Source of the DNA: Desulfatiglandales bacterium
Lineage (GTDB): Bacteria > Desulfobacterota > DSM-4660 > Desulfatiglandales > Desulfatiglandaceae
Length of the DNA stretch: 64,000 nt
Direction of reading: 5' to 3'
Assembly: GCA_963662465.1 (NCBI GenBank)
Contig: OY759599.1
Span: forward strand, 6,656,001 to 6,720,000
The notes under the pieces are model-generated. The model was given only the letters and a program-made list of their open reading frames with translations, was not told where the DNA came from and did no database searches. The translations under genes and the position numbers were made by a program. Positions within the stretch are counted from its first letter, which is position 1. Each line of letters starts with the position of its first letter. Below are positions 49,055-59,293 of this stretch, piece by piece.

Positions 49055-51829
49055 ATGAAAGTAAAGAGCGCCTTCAGAACAATTATGACAGTATTGTCCC
49101 TCCTGTTTTTTTTCTCGGGTTGTTCTTTGTTTGAAAGCGATAAGGAAAAGGCGGATCGATTTGTTCAACTGGGTATGGCGGCCCAAAAAGAGAAAAAAAC
49201 AGATGATGCCATTCTTCAATTCAAGAACGCGCTTCAAAAGGATCCCCTTCATCCGATTGCCCATTATGCTTTGGGTGAAATTTATTTCAACGCCGACAAG
49301 CCGCAATTGTCGGCCATGGAACTCAGTCTTGCCATTTCCCAGGATTCGGAATTGATGAAGGCCAAACAATTGCTCGCGAAACTCTACTTCCGCTATGGGG
49401 CCTATGACAAAGCGATTCCGTTGCTGAAAGAACTGGCGGCCAAAGAGACGCCAAAGCTTGAAACAGTTCTTATGCTGGGAAATGCGCTGGTTAACACAGG
49501 GCAGGGCGCCGAGGCCAAGGCTGTTCTGGAAAAGGCGGAAAAATCGAATCTCGATAATGTGGAGGTGAGAATAAGTCTTGCCAGAGCGCTTCTTCTGATG
49601 AACCAGGCTGAAGGAGCCCGAAAGATGATGGAAAAAGCCGCCTCTTTAAAGCCAAAAGATCTTTCCATTCAGGTTTTGTTGGCCCGGTTCTATGAAAATA
49701 CGGAACTTTATGATTTGGCCCAGAACAAATTTCTGGCCATAAAGAAGGCCTTCCCCAAAAATCCCGCGGCATACCTTGCCCTTGCGAGATTTTATCTAAG
49801 AAGGAACCGGTTAAGTGATTCTGAAAAAGCACTGGATGAAGCCATTGCCATGGGGCTTAAAGATAAAAACCTGTATCATGCTCTGGGTCTTATTCAACAT
49901 AAGAAGAAGGAATACCAGGCCGCCCTTAACAGCTTTAACGCAGCTGTTGCGACGTCCCCCGATGACCAGAAAAGTCTCATTCTGTTGGCTGACTACTATG
50001 TGTTTTTGAAAGATTATCCCAAGGCCAAGGCAACCTATGAAAAGATTGCTGAAAAATGGCCGCGGCTTCTTCCCGTGAAGTCCAAAATTGCGGAACTCTT
50101 TATTGCGGAAAGGGACTACGAGCAGGCGCTGAAACAGGTTGAAAAAATGTTGGACGAAGATCCCGACTATGCCCGCGGGTATGTCCTGAGAGGCCTGTTG
50201 TGGCTTAAAAAAGGCGAGACCAACAAGGCAAGAGATGAGTTTCTTAGAGCTCGTGATTTGGATCCGTCATCCGGAGAAGGCGACTATTTTTACGGCCTGA
50301 CGTTTCTCAACAATCGGGATTACAGAATGAGTTTGTCGGAAATTTTAAAAGCGCTTGAAAAGGATCCCAATTCTCTCAAGATCCGCCTGGCATTGGCGTA
50401 TATCTATTTTAGGACTGAAAAACCGTCATTGGCGTTGTCGGAACTCAATCGGGTCTTGGACGTTCAACCGGACAACCTTCGCGCCCGCATACTGCGGGGC
50501 AGGGTATATGCCGCAACCAAACAATATGAAAAAGCCGAACTTGATTATCAATACCTCATTGAGAAGAGCCCGGATGCTCCGGTTTTTCGACTCAGGCTGG
50601 CGCAAGTCTATCGCGCTCAAGGGAAGCTGGATCAAGCGCTCGAGGGGTTTAACGCGCTGCTTGACACTGATGTCGCGGCGTTTGCGGCCCTGAAAGACAT
50701 CACCGGCATCTACGTCAGCAGAAAAGAATTTGATGCGGCCATTGGTTTACTCGACCGTGAACAAAAAAAGCAACCGCAAAACTTGCAGATCGGTTTGCTG
50801 AAAGTAGCGGTCTTGCTGGCACAGAGAGATTACGGTTTAGCGGAAGCAACATTGTCCGATCTCATCAAAAAACACCCTGAAGCCGTTGAGCCATTGGCTC
50901 TGTTGGCAAACCTCCATATGAACCGTCAGGATGCCAGGCAGGACTATGGCGTTGCTTTGAAGGTGTTTAATCGGATTATCGGCATTGATCCCAAAAATAT
51001 ACCGGCCCGCATGAGAATGGCCTATCTTTACAAAAAGCTGGGGGATATGGACAATGCCATTTTGTCCTACGAAGCTGTTTTGAAGATCGATGAAAATTAT
51101 GCTCCCGCTGCCAATGATCTGGCATATTTATACGCTGACCTGGGCCGGAATCTGGATGAGGCCCTGACGCTTGCTAAAAAGGCACAACAACTCATCCCTG
51201 ATAATCCGGACGTGGAAGATACGCTGGGCTGGGTTTATCTAAAAAGGGGGTCCCTGCTTCTGGCAAACCGGCACCTCGTACATGCCATGGGTCAAAAGCC
51301 CGAGGAGCCGTTGTTCCATTTTCATTTGGGATTAGTATTGTATGCGCAAAATGATACCAAAGAAGCGGCCAAACAACTGAAAGATGCCATAAAACTGGGG
51401 CTGGGAAAGAATGAGTTGCCTCAGGCCAAGAAACTGCTTCAGGCCATGAAGGATCCAGCCCATCGTTATGTCGATATCCTCGATGAACTGGAACGTGCGT
51501 TTCAGGATCAAAATCTTGACCAGGCACTGTCCCTGGCGAAAAAGGCGCAGGAACTCATGCCGGATAGTCCTGAGATCGCGGATAAGATGGGGACTATTTA
51601 CTCAAAAAAAGGCTCTTTTCTGCTGGCAAAGAAGAAGTTTCGAGAGGCCATTGAAGGTATGCCGAATAATTCCCTTTTCCGCTTTCACATGGGACTTCTG
51701 TTATATGAGGAGCAGGATTTTGCTCAAGCCGGGGAAGCATTTGAAAAAGCGATAAAACTGGGTTTGAAGCCGGAAGAAGCGGAAATTGCCGAAAACCTTA
51801 TCAAAAAAGCCAAAAGCCGAATGGAGTGA
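49055..51829 (+). CDS. TPR-repeat lipoprotein (PrsT-like, exosortase system)
   Basis: Lipobox FSGC; many TPRs; ANDLAYLY...DTLGWVY typical of PrsT-like proteins. Confidence 0.88.
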   Translation: MKVKSAFRTIMTVLSLLFFFSGCSLFESDKEKADRFVQLGMAAQKEKKTDDAILQFKNALQKDPLHPIAHYALGEIYFNADKPQLSAMELSLAISQDSELMKAKQLLAKLYFRYGAYDKAIPLLKELAAKETPKLETVLMLGNALVNTGQGAEAKAVLEKAEKSNLDNVEVRISLARALLLMNQAEGARKMMEKAASLKPKDLSIQVLLARFYENTELYDLAQNKFLAIKKAFPKNPAAYLALARFYLRRNRLSDSEKALDEAIAMGLKDKNLYHALGLIQHKKKEYQAALNSFNAAVATSPDDQKSLILLADYYVFLKDYPKAKATYEKIAEKWPRLLPVKSKIAELFIAERDYEQALKQVEKMLDEDPDYARGYVLRGLLWLKKGETNKARDEFLRARDLDPSSGEGDYFYGLTFLNNRDYRMSLSEILKALEKDPNSLKIRLALAYIYFRTEKPSLALSELNRVLDVQPDNLRARILRGRVYAATKQYEKAELDYQYLIEKSPDAPVFRLRLAQVYRAQGKLDQALEGFNALLDTDVAAFAALKDITGIYVSRKEFDAAIGLLDREQKKQPQNLQIGLLKVAVLLAQRDYGLAEATLSDLIKKHPEAVEPLALLANLHMNRQDARQDYGVALKVFNRIIGIDPKNIPARMRMAYLYKKLGDMDNAILSYEAVLKIDENYAPAANDLAYLYADLGRNLDEALTLAKKAQQLIPDNPDVEDTLGWVYLKRGSLLLANRHLVHAMGQKPEEPLFHFHLGLVLYAQNDTKEAAKQLKDAIKLGLGKNELPQAKKLLQAMKDPAHRYVDILDELERAFQDQNLDQALSLAKKAQELMPDSPEIADKMGTIYSKKGSFLLAKKKFREAIEGMPNNSLFRFHMGLLLYEEQDFAQAGEAFEKAIKLGLKPEEAEIAENLIKKAKSRME

Positions 51830-51876
51830 TGCAGGGTGCAATTCGGCATTCAGGGAATCTCTCACCCGGAGCAATC

Positions 51877-52833
51877 ATGAGAAAGCTGATGACAGCCATC
51901 ATTTTGATACCGGCTTTTTTGTGGATATTGGATGCCGGTGCTTCGCCCATTGGCGACCGTCCCAGGATATGGCCTGATTTTCAATACAAAGATGATGTGG
52001 CCTATTCGCATTTTTTGGGTGCTTTGGATGGGGCAACAGATGAAATTTCGGATATGGATCTACTGTTCGGAGACTTTGATTTCGGAAGAAAAAAAGCGGG
52101 CGCTTTCGAGTTGTCGTCCGACGCGGATCGTGTAAAAATACCCGTCACTACCTTCATATTTTCCTATGGCGCCTATTTGCATCAATGGGAGGTGCCTCGA
52201 TTGGAAGTACCGATAGAGGCCCCTTTTTTTCAGGAAAGACCTTTTGATTACAAGGGGCCTCCGTCCGATCCGAAACCGCCCCCCGTTATTCAGCCGGAAG
52301 AAATGGATCGGTACCGATATCCCGAAGAGCTTATGACGCCTGTCCATGTGCCTCCCACGGGGTTGATGGATGCCTTTGAGCTTGAATACGCCATGCAGCT
52401 GGAAGAGGATGCGGCGCGTTTCAGATACCCCTTTGCCCCAAAAGACTTGCCTGAGCCCGAAAAACGGTTTTATATGTACGGAGAGGTATCCCCGGGAACG
52501 GGGGCAGGGGGTGTTGGGTATGGTCCCGCCCAACAACAATATGGATATCAGTACCCTGCCGGCGGCTCCGGCCGCGGATATGGGCCGGGAATTGACGCTA
52601 CGGGTGAACTTGAAAAGCGCCCAAAGAAAGGAAAGGGCGGTGTTGGTGATTTTTCTCCAAAAGGGTCGTTGGGCGCTGGAAAGGACCGCCCCTATGCCAT
52701 GATTCTTGTGGGCGCCGGTTTGGCGGCGGTGGCGTCCTTGTTCAGAATGTTTCGATTGAGTCTTCTTATCATGGTGGGCTGGACCGTGTTTTTCTGGAAA
52801 GATCTGTGGCTCATCATTTTAGAGTTGCAGTAG
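51877..52833 (+). CDS. Secreted Pro/Gly-rich protein with C-terminal membrane anchor (candidate exosortase substrate)
   Basis: Signal peptide ending AGA|SPI; C-terminal hydrophobic segments; GGAG RBS before ATG 51877. Confidence 0.7.
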   Translation: MRKLMTAIILIPAFLWILDAGASPIGDRPRIWPDFQYKDDVAYSHFLGALDGATDEISDMDLLFGDFDFGRKKAGAFELSSDADRVKIPVTTFIFSYGAYLHQWEVPRLEVPIEAPFFQERPFDYKGPPSDPKPPPVIQPEEMDRYRYPEELMTPVHVPPTGLMDAFELEYAMQLEEDAARFRYPFAPKDLPEPEKRFYMYGEVSPGTGAGGVGYGPAQQQYGYQYPAGGSGRGYGPGIDATGELEKRPKKGKGGVGDFSPKGSLGAGKDRPYAMILVGAGLAAVASLFRMFRLSLLIMVGWTVFFWKDLWLIILELQ

Positions 52834-52856
52834 CTTTTATTCTCTCCCATGCCTGC

Positions 52857-53705
52857 TCAAATTCCGCTTCGCGAGGGCTTGATCCCGGTTTTTTCTTTCA
52901 GGTTTTTTAAATGGCTATCGCGTTGTCCGGTTGTTTCGTACGTAAAATAAACATCGTAGGTCTGGTGTTTGCTCGCCTGAATTTCAAGGGGAATTTCCTT
53001 AACCGCCCTTTCAAGGTAGGATGCAAAACCCGCGGCCTCATCAAAGGAATCAAACCGCATGATGAGTTCTTTGTGTGCTTTGTCGTAGGGTTTTGCGAGA
53101 ACGACTTTTAAATGCCTGAAGATATAGGCCGCATACCACTTGGCGCCTGAGGGAACCCGCCTTTTAGGACTGATGGCATTGGGGCCGTAATTGTAAGCCG
53201 CAACGGCCAGGAACAAGTCGCCTTCAAATTCATCCAGAAGCCATGACAGGTATCGGGCGCCGGCATCAATATTGACGGCGGGGTTGAAAAGGTCCTCTCT
53301 GCGCATGACGCCCAGATCATTTGCCGTTCCGGGCCATTTGATTTGCATGAGGCCGAGACATTCCTTGTGGCTGCGGGCATCGGGATCAAAACCGGACTCG
53401 CCGCGCGCCATTGCCACCAGCAAGGGAATCGGCAGATCGTACTTTCGAGCCGCATCCGCAAAGCAGTCCATGTAGGGATAATCGCCTTGAACCCTGGCCG
53501 ATTTTTTTTTGTCAAAAAATGCTTTCCAACGCAGCCGGATTTCAGCCTCGGTACTGTCTACTGTCTTGTTCAGGTTTGCCCAAGAGGTTCCTTCACCCAG
53601 AGAAAACACAAAGCCCATGCCCATAAACAGCGACAGTATGAAAAAAAGTTTTGCTTTTGATTTCAGCATTATTTCAGGTTTTACGTCATTTCTGAGCCGC
53701 GGCAT
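52857..53705 (-). CDS. Lytic transglycosylase (SLT domain)
   Basis: GESGFDP catalytic Glu, GLMQI, AAYNYG; start may be 53669. Confidence 0.9.
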   Translation of the reverse strand: MPRLRNDVKPEIMLKSKAKLFFILSLFMGMGFVFSLGEGTSWANLNKTVDSTEAEIRLRWKAFFDKKKSARVQGDYPYMDCFADAARKYDLPIPLLVAMARGESGFDPDARSHKECLGLMQIKWPGTANDLGVMRREDLFNPAVNIDAGARYLSWLLDEFEGDLFLAVAAYNYGPNAISPKRRVPSGAKWYAAYIFRHLKVVLAKPYDKAHKELIMRFDSFDEAAGFASYLERAVKEIPLEIQASKHQTYDVYFTYETTGQRDSHLKNLKEKTGIKPSRSGI

Positions 53706-54066
53706 AAATTTTTTTAACCAGATCTCCCAGTTCGCAGGGTTTGGTTAGATAGTCGAAAGCCCCATGGGCCAGACCCTCCTTGGCCGCTTTTTCCGAACCA
53801 TGGCCGGTCAGCATAATGACCGCCATTTCAGGGTAGGCCTTCTTGAAAATTTTAAGGACTTCAATGCCATCCATATCTTCCATTTTCAGATCGAGGATGG
53901 CAACATCAAAATCATTTTTCCGAATGGTTTTGATGGCGCCGGCGCCGGTAAACACCGGTGTAACCAACATTCCTCTCTTCCTGAGCCTCTTGGAAATGAC
54001 CTCGGCAAACCCCACCTCATCATCAACAAGAAGCACTTTGATGGAATCTGAATGAATTTTTTCCAT
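53686..54066 (-). CDS. Single-domain response regulator
   Basis: VLLVDDE, ILDLKM, LTGHG, KP. Confidence 0.92.
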   Translation of the reverse strand: MEKIHSDSIKVLLVDDEVGFAEVISKRLRKRGMLVTPVFTGAGAIKTIRKNDFDVAILDLKMEDMDGIEVLKIFKKAYPEMAVIMLTGHGSEKAAKEGLAHGAFDYLTKPCELGDLVKKIYAAAQK

Positions 54067-54113
54067 TCTTAAAAAATCCTTTTTCCCTGAAACGAGATCG
54101 GTCATCGGTCTTT

Positions 54114-54545
54114 TCAGGCGCGGTGGGAGGTAATCTCTTTTATTCGCGCCTCAATGATCTTTTCCTCATGCCTTCTTTTTTTGGCGGCGGCCTGTGTTAC
54201 TTTTTCCAGGAGTACATCCATATCACAGGGCTTCATCAAGTAATCAAAGGCGCCCAGTTTCATCCCTTCTATGCCGGTTTCCACCGTGGCGTGACCGGTT
54301 AGCATAATCACTTCCTGCAAGGGAAATTTATTCCGGATTTGCCCAAGGGTCTCGATACCATCCATGCCGGGCATCTTCACGTCGAGAATAACAACCTCAA
54401 TGCTTCTGTCTTTTTCAATAACCTCCAAGGCTTCGGAACCGCTGAATGCCGTAGTGATATTGATATTTCTTTTGTTTAAACGCCTGGCCATCGCTTCCAC
54501 GAAAGGAACTTCATCATCAACCAAAAGCACATTTGCTATTGCCAT
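54114..54545 (-). CDS. Single-domain response regulator
   Basis: VLLVDDE, ILDVKMP, LTGHA, KP. Confidence 0.93.
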   Translation of the reverse strand: MAIANVLLVDDEVPFVEAMARRLNKRNINITTAFSGSEALEVIEKDRSIEVVILDVKMPGMDGIETLGQIRNKFPLQEVIMLTGHATVETGIEGMKLGAFDYLMKPCDMDVLLEKVTQAAAKKRRHEEKIIEARIKEITSHRA

Positions 54546-54557
54546 AACCTTTTCTCC

Positions 54558-56285
54558 TTATAAGCCATTCTCTTCATTCTTATTCTTGGGAAAGGGAATT
54601 TTTATTGTAAACGTCGTCCCCTCATCGATGACGCTCTTGACTTCAATGCTCCCTCCCATTTTTTTGATGATGCCGTAACATATGGACAGGCCTAAACCCG
54701 TGCCTTTTCCCACCGGCTTGGTGGTAAAAAATGGATCAAATATTCGGGTCAGATTGGCCGACGGGATGCCGGGACCGTTATCTGCAATTTCAATAATGAT
54801 GTGATCGCCCACGATGATGCCGCTTTCTTCCAAACGGCTGGATAGTTTTAAGACGCCCCCTGTTTTCTCCATGGCATCAAGGGCATTATTGATCAAGTTA
54901 AGTAAAACCTGCTGAAGTTCGGTCAGGGAAAGCCGGATGGTGGGCAGGTCTTTCTGAAGGTGGGCATCAATGGTTACGTTGCTGTATCTGGCCCGTTGCT
55001 CGGATAAAACCACCATTTCCTCGATCATTTCATTTAACTGCACTTCTTGAATGCGGGAGTCTGTTTTCCGAGCGAAACTGAGTAGTTTATGCGTGATTTC
55101 TTTGCATCGACGTCCCTGTGTTCGAATTTGCAGCAATGCGCGCTTAAATTCCTGCAGGTTTTCTCCGTCTTTGAGATCCTCTTCCTCCAGAAGGTCTTCG
55201 ATCCAACCGGCCTCTTCCACCATAATCGCCACAGGATTGTTGATTTCGTGGGCAATGCCGGCGGCCAATTCCCCAACGGAAGCCAGTTTGCCCGTTTCGA
55301 CAACCTGCTCATTCATCATTTCCGTTTCTTTATCAGCCTGTTTAATCCGATGAACCATTTTTCTGGACAAAAGCAACGCAATAGACAACACCAAAACGCT
55401 TGCTGCGAGCATTATGGCCAGTGCTATTTTGATGGCCCTTCTCAAATCGGAAAAGGCATCCGATGCTTTTTGCTGATAGACCAGAAGCCAGTCGCCATGT
55501 TTCAAAAGCGCTGCGACATAAATGGTTTTTTCCCCGAAATCATCGTCCTGTTCGATGATCCGTACGCCATCCTTGAAAGAATCGCTCTCCCCGATAAAAC
55601 TGGTATAGGGTTCCTTATCGGGGATCAGGTCGAAGAGTGGTTTTGTTTGGAATTCGCCTTTTCTGTTTAAGATAAACGCAAATCCTGTCTCGCCGATGCG
55701 GATTTTTTCCACAAGGTTGTTAAAGGCTACAAAATCGACGGTGGCTCTCAAGATCCATTGTTGCCCCTCATGGTTTTCTCTCATGGCAATAATAAAATGC
55801 GGGAGTCCACGAAGTCCCAGGAAAACATCACTCTTGAAGTACTCGCTTTTCATGGCTTTTTGAAACCACTCCGCCGAAGAATAGAGGGCTTTTCCCAGGT
55901 TAAAGGGGCCTGCATAGGCAATTTGAAGTCCCCGTGAATTGATAACCCCCAGATCAACAAAAACCGGTCCGTAAATCTGCTGTAAAAGCGCAAGCCTGTC
56001 CTGTAGAAAATCGGAATCCGCCAATTCTTCATACGAAAAGGTTTTGGCCATTAATTGGATATCGCCCAGCTTTTCTTTGAGAAAACTGTCGATATTCTGA
56101 GTATGCTTGAGAACCAGTTCTTTGAGGTGGGCCTGAACTTTTTCGTGGTCGGAAATCTCAAATTGATAAAGGATGATGCTGCTGACCAGAATCATCGGCA
56201 TGATCGACACGATAAGGATAGTCAACAGCATATTCCGGGTTAGCAGATGGTAATAAGAATCGGTTTTTTGCTTTTCTGACGCCAT
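54558..56285 (-). CDS. Membrane sensor histidine kinase (Cache-like sensor, NtrB-type core)
   Basis: Two TMs; [27 protein letters not shown]. Confidence 0.93.
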   Translation of the reverse strand: MASEKQKTDSYYHLLTRNMLLTILIVSIMPMILVSSIILYQFEISDHEKVQAHLKELVLKHTQNIDSFLKEKLGDIQLMAKTFSYEELADSDFLQDRLALLQQIYGPVFVDLGVINSRGLQIAYAGPFNLGKALYSSAEWFQKAMKSEYFKSDVFLGLRGLPHFIIAMRENHEGQQWILRATVDFVAFNNLVEKIRIGETGFAFILNRKGEFQTKPLFDLIPDKEPYTSFIGESDSFKDGVRIIEQDDDFGEKTIYVAALLKHGDWLLVYQQKASDAFSDLRRAIKIALAIMLAASVLVLSIALLLSRKMVHRIKQADKETEMMNEQVVETGKLASVGELAAGIAHEINNPVAIMVEEAGWIEDLLEEEDLKDGENLQEFKRALLQIRTQGRRCKEITHKLLSFARKTDSRIQEVQLNEMIEEMVVLSEQRARYSNVTIDAHLQKDLPTIRLSLTELQQVLLNLINNALDAMEKTGGVLKLSSRLEESGIIVGDHIIIEIADNGPGIPSANLTRIFDPFFTTKPVGKGTGLGLSICYGIIKKMGGSIEVKSVIDEGTTFTIKIPFPKNKNEENGL

Positions 56286-56287
56286 TT

Positions 56288-57709
56288 TTAAGGTAGAATC
56301 TCTATTGTGGGATAAATCCCTTTCAATCGGCCTTCGGGGTAGGGCTGAATCGTATTGAAGGCAATGTCGCTGTCCTTTTGTGCGTGACCACGATTCTTGT
56401 TGCCCTCAAAATACGCCCCGTTGGCCTCAAGGATGTGTTCGATCCGATGTTTGAAATCGGCTACGAAGGTGCGACCGTTCCCGTTAAATTGCATTGCGCC
56501 CAGTTTGAATTCACCGTCTATCTTTGAAAAATCGTCAAGGGAAACGCTGTGTTTCGCCAGGTCGTCATGGTTTCTGATATGTCCCCAAACCAGATAACCT
56601 TCAGGAATGTCCAAAGGGCTTTCCAGATCAATGATGGTATGAGGCATAATAATGCACCCTTCGCCGACGGTCAGGGGGTTTTCTTTTGTTCCGTGCAAAA
56701 AGGAATTAAACCCCACAAAGACTTTTTTTCCCATCAGGGCATGAACGATTTTCCCGCCATGAGCGGTCACATTGTCGCCTTCCAACCGAGAATCGATAAT
56801 GTAGCAGTTTTCCTGAGCATTTGCGCCATTGCCAAGCCATGCGTCCTCCAGGTAGGCCCTTTGCGCTACCAGAACATTTTCGCCGATACGCGTTTTCCCT
56901 TTTACCGCTGCATAGGGGCTGAGGGAAGACCCCAAGGGGGCATGGGTGGGAGGCTTATAATAGGCGGCGTCAAATACGGGTTGAAAACTATCCTTACGGC
57001 TTTCCACAAAATCCATAAACAACCCTGCGGGGGGATTGCCCGGGTTAAGGCGGATATATTTTTTCAGGATTGTTTCCTCAAATTGATAATTGAACTGATA
57101 ACCATTTTCGCTGCGAATCCAGATGCGTCCGGGAGCGATTAATTCGTGGGACAGTTCGCCTGTTTGAAGGTAGGCAAAAGAACCGATGACGCAGTCGTGA
57201 AGCGTGGTTAAATCCACGGTGCAGAAAGGTCCCAGGAAACATCCTTCAACCGGGGCGCCGTGGATATTCGCATAATTCAGCGCCGCTGTATTTTGAATAA
57301 TGAATTCCTCAAGATTTTCGGGGTCGTGGGAAAAATTGTGAACCAGTGTTTTTAAAAGGAAGCTGTCTTTAATGTGAATGGCTTCGTCGTCGTGAACTGG
57401 AATGTTGAACTTGTCATATTGATAGATGTCTCCCCTGCTCTTCAATTCGTCGCCGCGGATATCGCTCTTATACAAAACGGAATGATCAACCAGGCACTTG
57501 CCCAGGAAAAAGCTGCCGGCCAGACTGGAATGGTTAAACTTGAAATGGAGAGGATGATCCGTTGTGATGCCGTAAAAAGCATAGAATTTTGCCATTTGAT
57601 CGATCTCAACAGCCGCTCGGATATAGGGCCCCACATCAAACAGCGGTTCTCTGAGGTTGATATTGATTCGCTCTATGATCCGATGTATCAGTAACTGTAA
57701 ATCTTGCAT
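56288..57709 (-). CDS. Hexapeptide-repeat (left-handed beta-helix) transferase-like protein of unknown function
   Basis: Two blocks of hexapeptide repeats (CFLGPFCTV, CVIGSFAYL; RIGENVLV, TVGEGCII); AAGGAG RBS before MQDLQ. Confidence 0.75.
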   Translation of the reverse strand: MQDLQLLIHRIIERININLREPLFDVGPYIRAAVEIDQMAKFYAFYGITTDHPLHFKFNHSSLAGSFFLGKCLVDHSVLYKSDIRGDELKSRGDIYQYDKFNIPVHDDEAIHIKDSFLLKTLVHNFSHDPENLEEFIIQNTAALNYANIHGAPVEGCFLGPFCTVDLTTLHDCVIGSFAYLQTGELSHELIAPGRIWIRSENGYQFNYQFEETILKKYIRLNPGNPPAGLFMDFVESRKDSFQPVFDAAYYKPPTHAPLGSSLSPYAAVKGKTRIGENVLVAQRAYLEDAWLGNGANAQENCYIIDSRLEGDNVTAHGGKIVHALMGKKVFVGFNSFLHGTKENPLTVGEGCIIMPHTIIDLESPLDIPEGYLVWGHIRNHDDLAKHSVSLDDFSKIDGEFKLGAMQFNGNGRTFVADFKHRIEHILEANGAYFEGNKNRGHAQKDSDIAFNTIQPYPEGRLKGIYPTIEILP

Positions 57710-57749
57710 TGTTCCGTACTCCTTGGGTTTCAACGCTTTCTTGAACGAA

Positions 57750-59225
57750 TTAAGGTGTTGTTACGGGCATTCCCATCATCGGCCACAGTATATATATGGC
57801 AAATGCTACTACCCCCATCAACATAATGCTGGCTGGAATTCCATAAAGAAAAAATTCACCGGTGGAGAACTGTTTGGAATCGTAGGCAATGGCATTGGGC
57901 GCCGCCCCGACCAGCAACAGGAAAGGCATACCCGCCGTAACGAGGGATGCGAATAGAATAACCTCGGGCGCCACATGCAGGTAGGGTGCGATGACCAGCG
58001 CTACGGGCAGTGAAATGGCAATCGCTGCCACATTCATAATAAAGTTGGTCATCATCATCACGAAAAAAGCGATGCTCATAACGAACACGAACCAGGAGGC
58101 TTCCTTGAACATGGTAAGCCAGTTTACGGCAAGCCATTTGGCCGCACCCGTGTCCCACAGGCAAAAGCCGATGCTCATGGCCCCACCAAACAGAAGGATA
58201 ATATTCCATGGAATCGCTTCAAGATCTTCCACATCCAGGATTCCGGTAATAAAGAAAAGGATGGTGGATACCAGGATGATGGCGGTTTTGTTGATCGGCT
58301 GAAGGGCCGGTATAAAAGACTGAAGGGACATGACCAGAATGGCGCTGAAAACGATGACCGTAGCCAGAATTTCTTTCCTGGTGATGCCGCCGAGTTCAGC
58401 ATTCAGTTGTTTCGCTTTTTCTCTCAACCCCGGAATGACTTTTTTCTCGGGTTTCAGAAATATCATAAAGAAACCCCACAGGAGAAATATCATCAGCCAC
58501 CCGACGGGGAACATATAGTAGCTTAATTCAAAAAAACTGATATTTTTGCCCACCACGTCGTTATAAAAACCGATGGCCACCGCGCCCCTGGCAGCGCCCA
58601 GGAGGGTAATAATACTTCCAGCGCCCGCCACATAGGCCATTCCCATAAACAGACCCTTTCCAAATTTCGTTTGTTTGTTTCCCTCACCATAAAGCGCGTA
58701 GATAGAAAGAAGCAACGGGTAAATGGTTGCGGCAACCGCGGTATGGGCCATGATAAGGGTCAGTGCCCCTGTTACCACGAAACAGCCCAGATAAATCATA
58801 CTGGTTCTTTCCCCCACAACCATCAACATCTTATAGGCAAGCCGTTTTGTTAATCCCACTTTGGTAAAGACCAGGCCGATGACAATCGATGCAAAAATAA
58901 ACATGACGGACGGCACCATAAAATCCGTAAAGGCCACCTTTGCCGGTCGGATCAGAAACATGGCTTGAAGAACGCCGATGGCCAGACTGGTGACCCCGAT
59001 GGGAACCACTTCAAATACCCACCAGGTGCCCGCCAGGAGGAAAACCGCCAATGCCCCCTTGGCTTCTTTGCTGAGGGCAAAATGCTTTCCCAGGGGATCG
59101 ATGGCGTCGGGCCAGGATGAGGAAGCATAGACAATAATAAAAAGAAAAATCCCTACGAAAAGAAAAATAATTTTCGTCCAGTTAATTTTTGGTTTTCCAT
59201 CGGCTGAAGCAATGTCGTTCGACAT
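57750..59225 (-). CDS. SLC13/DASS family anion transporter
   Basis: Multi-TM; GLTKRLA, IPWNIILLFGG, AAPNAIAY. Confidence 0.9.
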   Translation of the reverse strand: MSNDIASADGKPKINWTKIIFLFVGIFLFIIVYASSSWPDAIDPLGKHFALSKEAKGALAVFLLAGTWWVFEVVPIGVTSLAIGVLQAMFLIRPAKVAFTDFMVPSVMFIFASIVIGLVFTKVGLTKRLAYKMLMVVGERTSMIYLGCFVVTGALTLIMAHTAVAATIYPLLLSIYALYGEGNKQTKFGKGLFMGMAYVAGAGSIITLLGAARGAVAIGFYNDVVGKNISFFELSYYMFPVGWLMIFLLWGFFMIFLKPEKKVIPGLREKAKQLNAELGGITRKEILATVIVFSAILVMSLQSFIPALQPINKTAIILVSTILFFITGILDVEDLEAIPWNIILLFGGAMSIGFCLWDTGAAKWLAVNWLTMFKEASWFVFVMSIAFFVMMMTNFIMNVAAIAISLPVALVIAPYLHVAPEVILFASLVTAGMPFLLLVGAAPNAIAYDSKQFSTGEFFLYGIPASIMLMGVVAFAIYILWPMMGMPVTTP

Positions 59226-59293
59226 GTATTAAGCCCTCCGTTTAATTTGCATCATCATCATCGTCAAGGGGAATTAAATGCCCAGTTGTTAGG

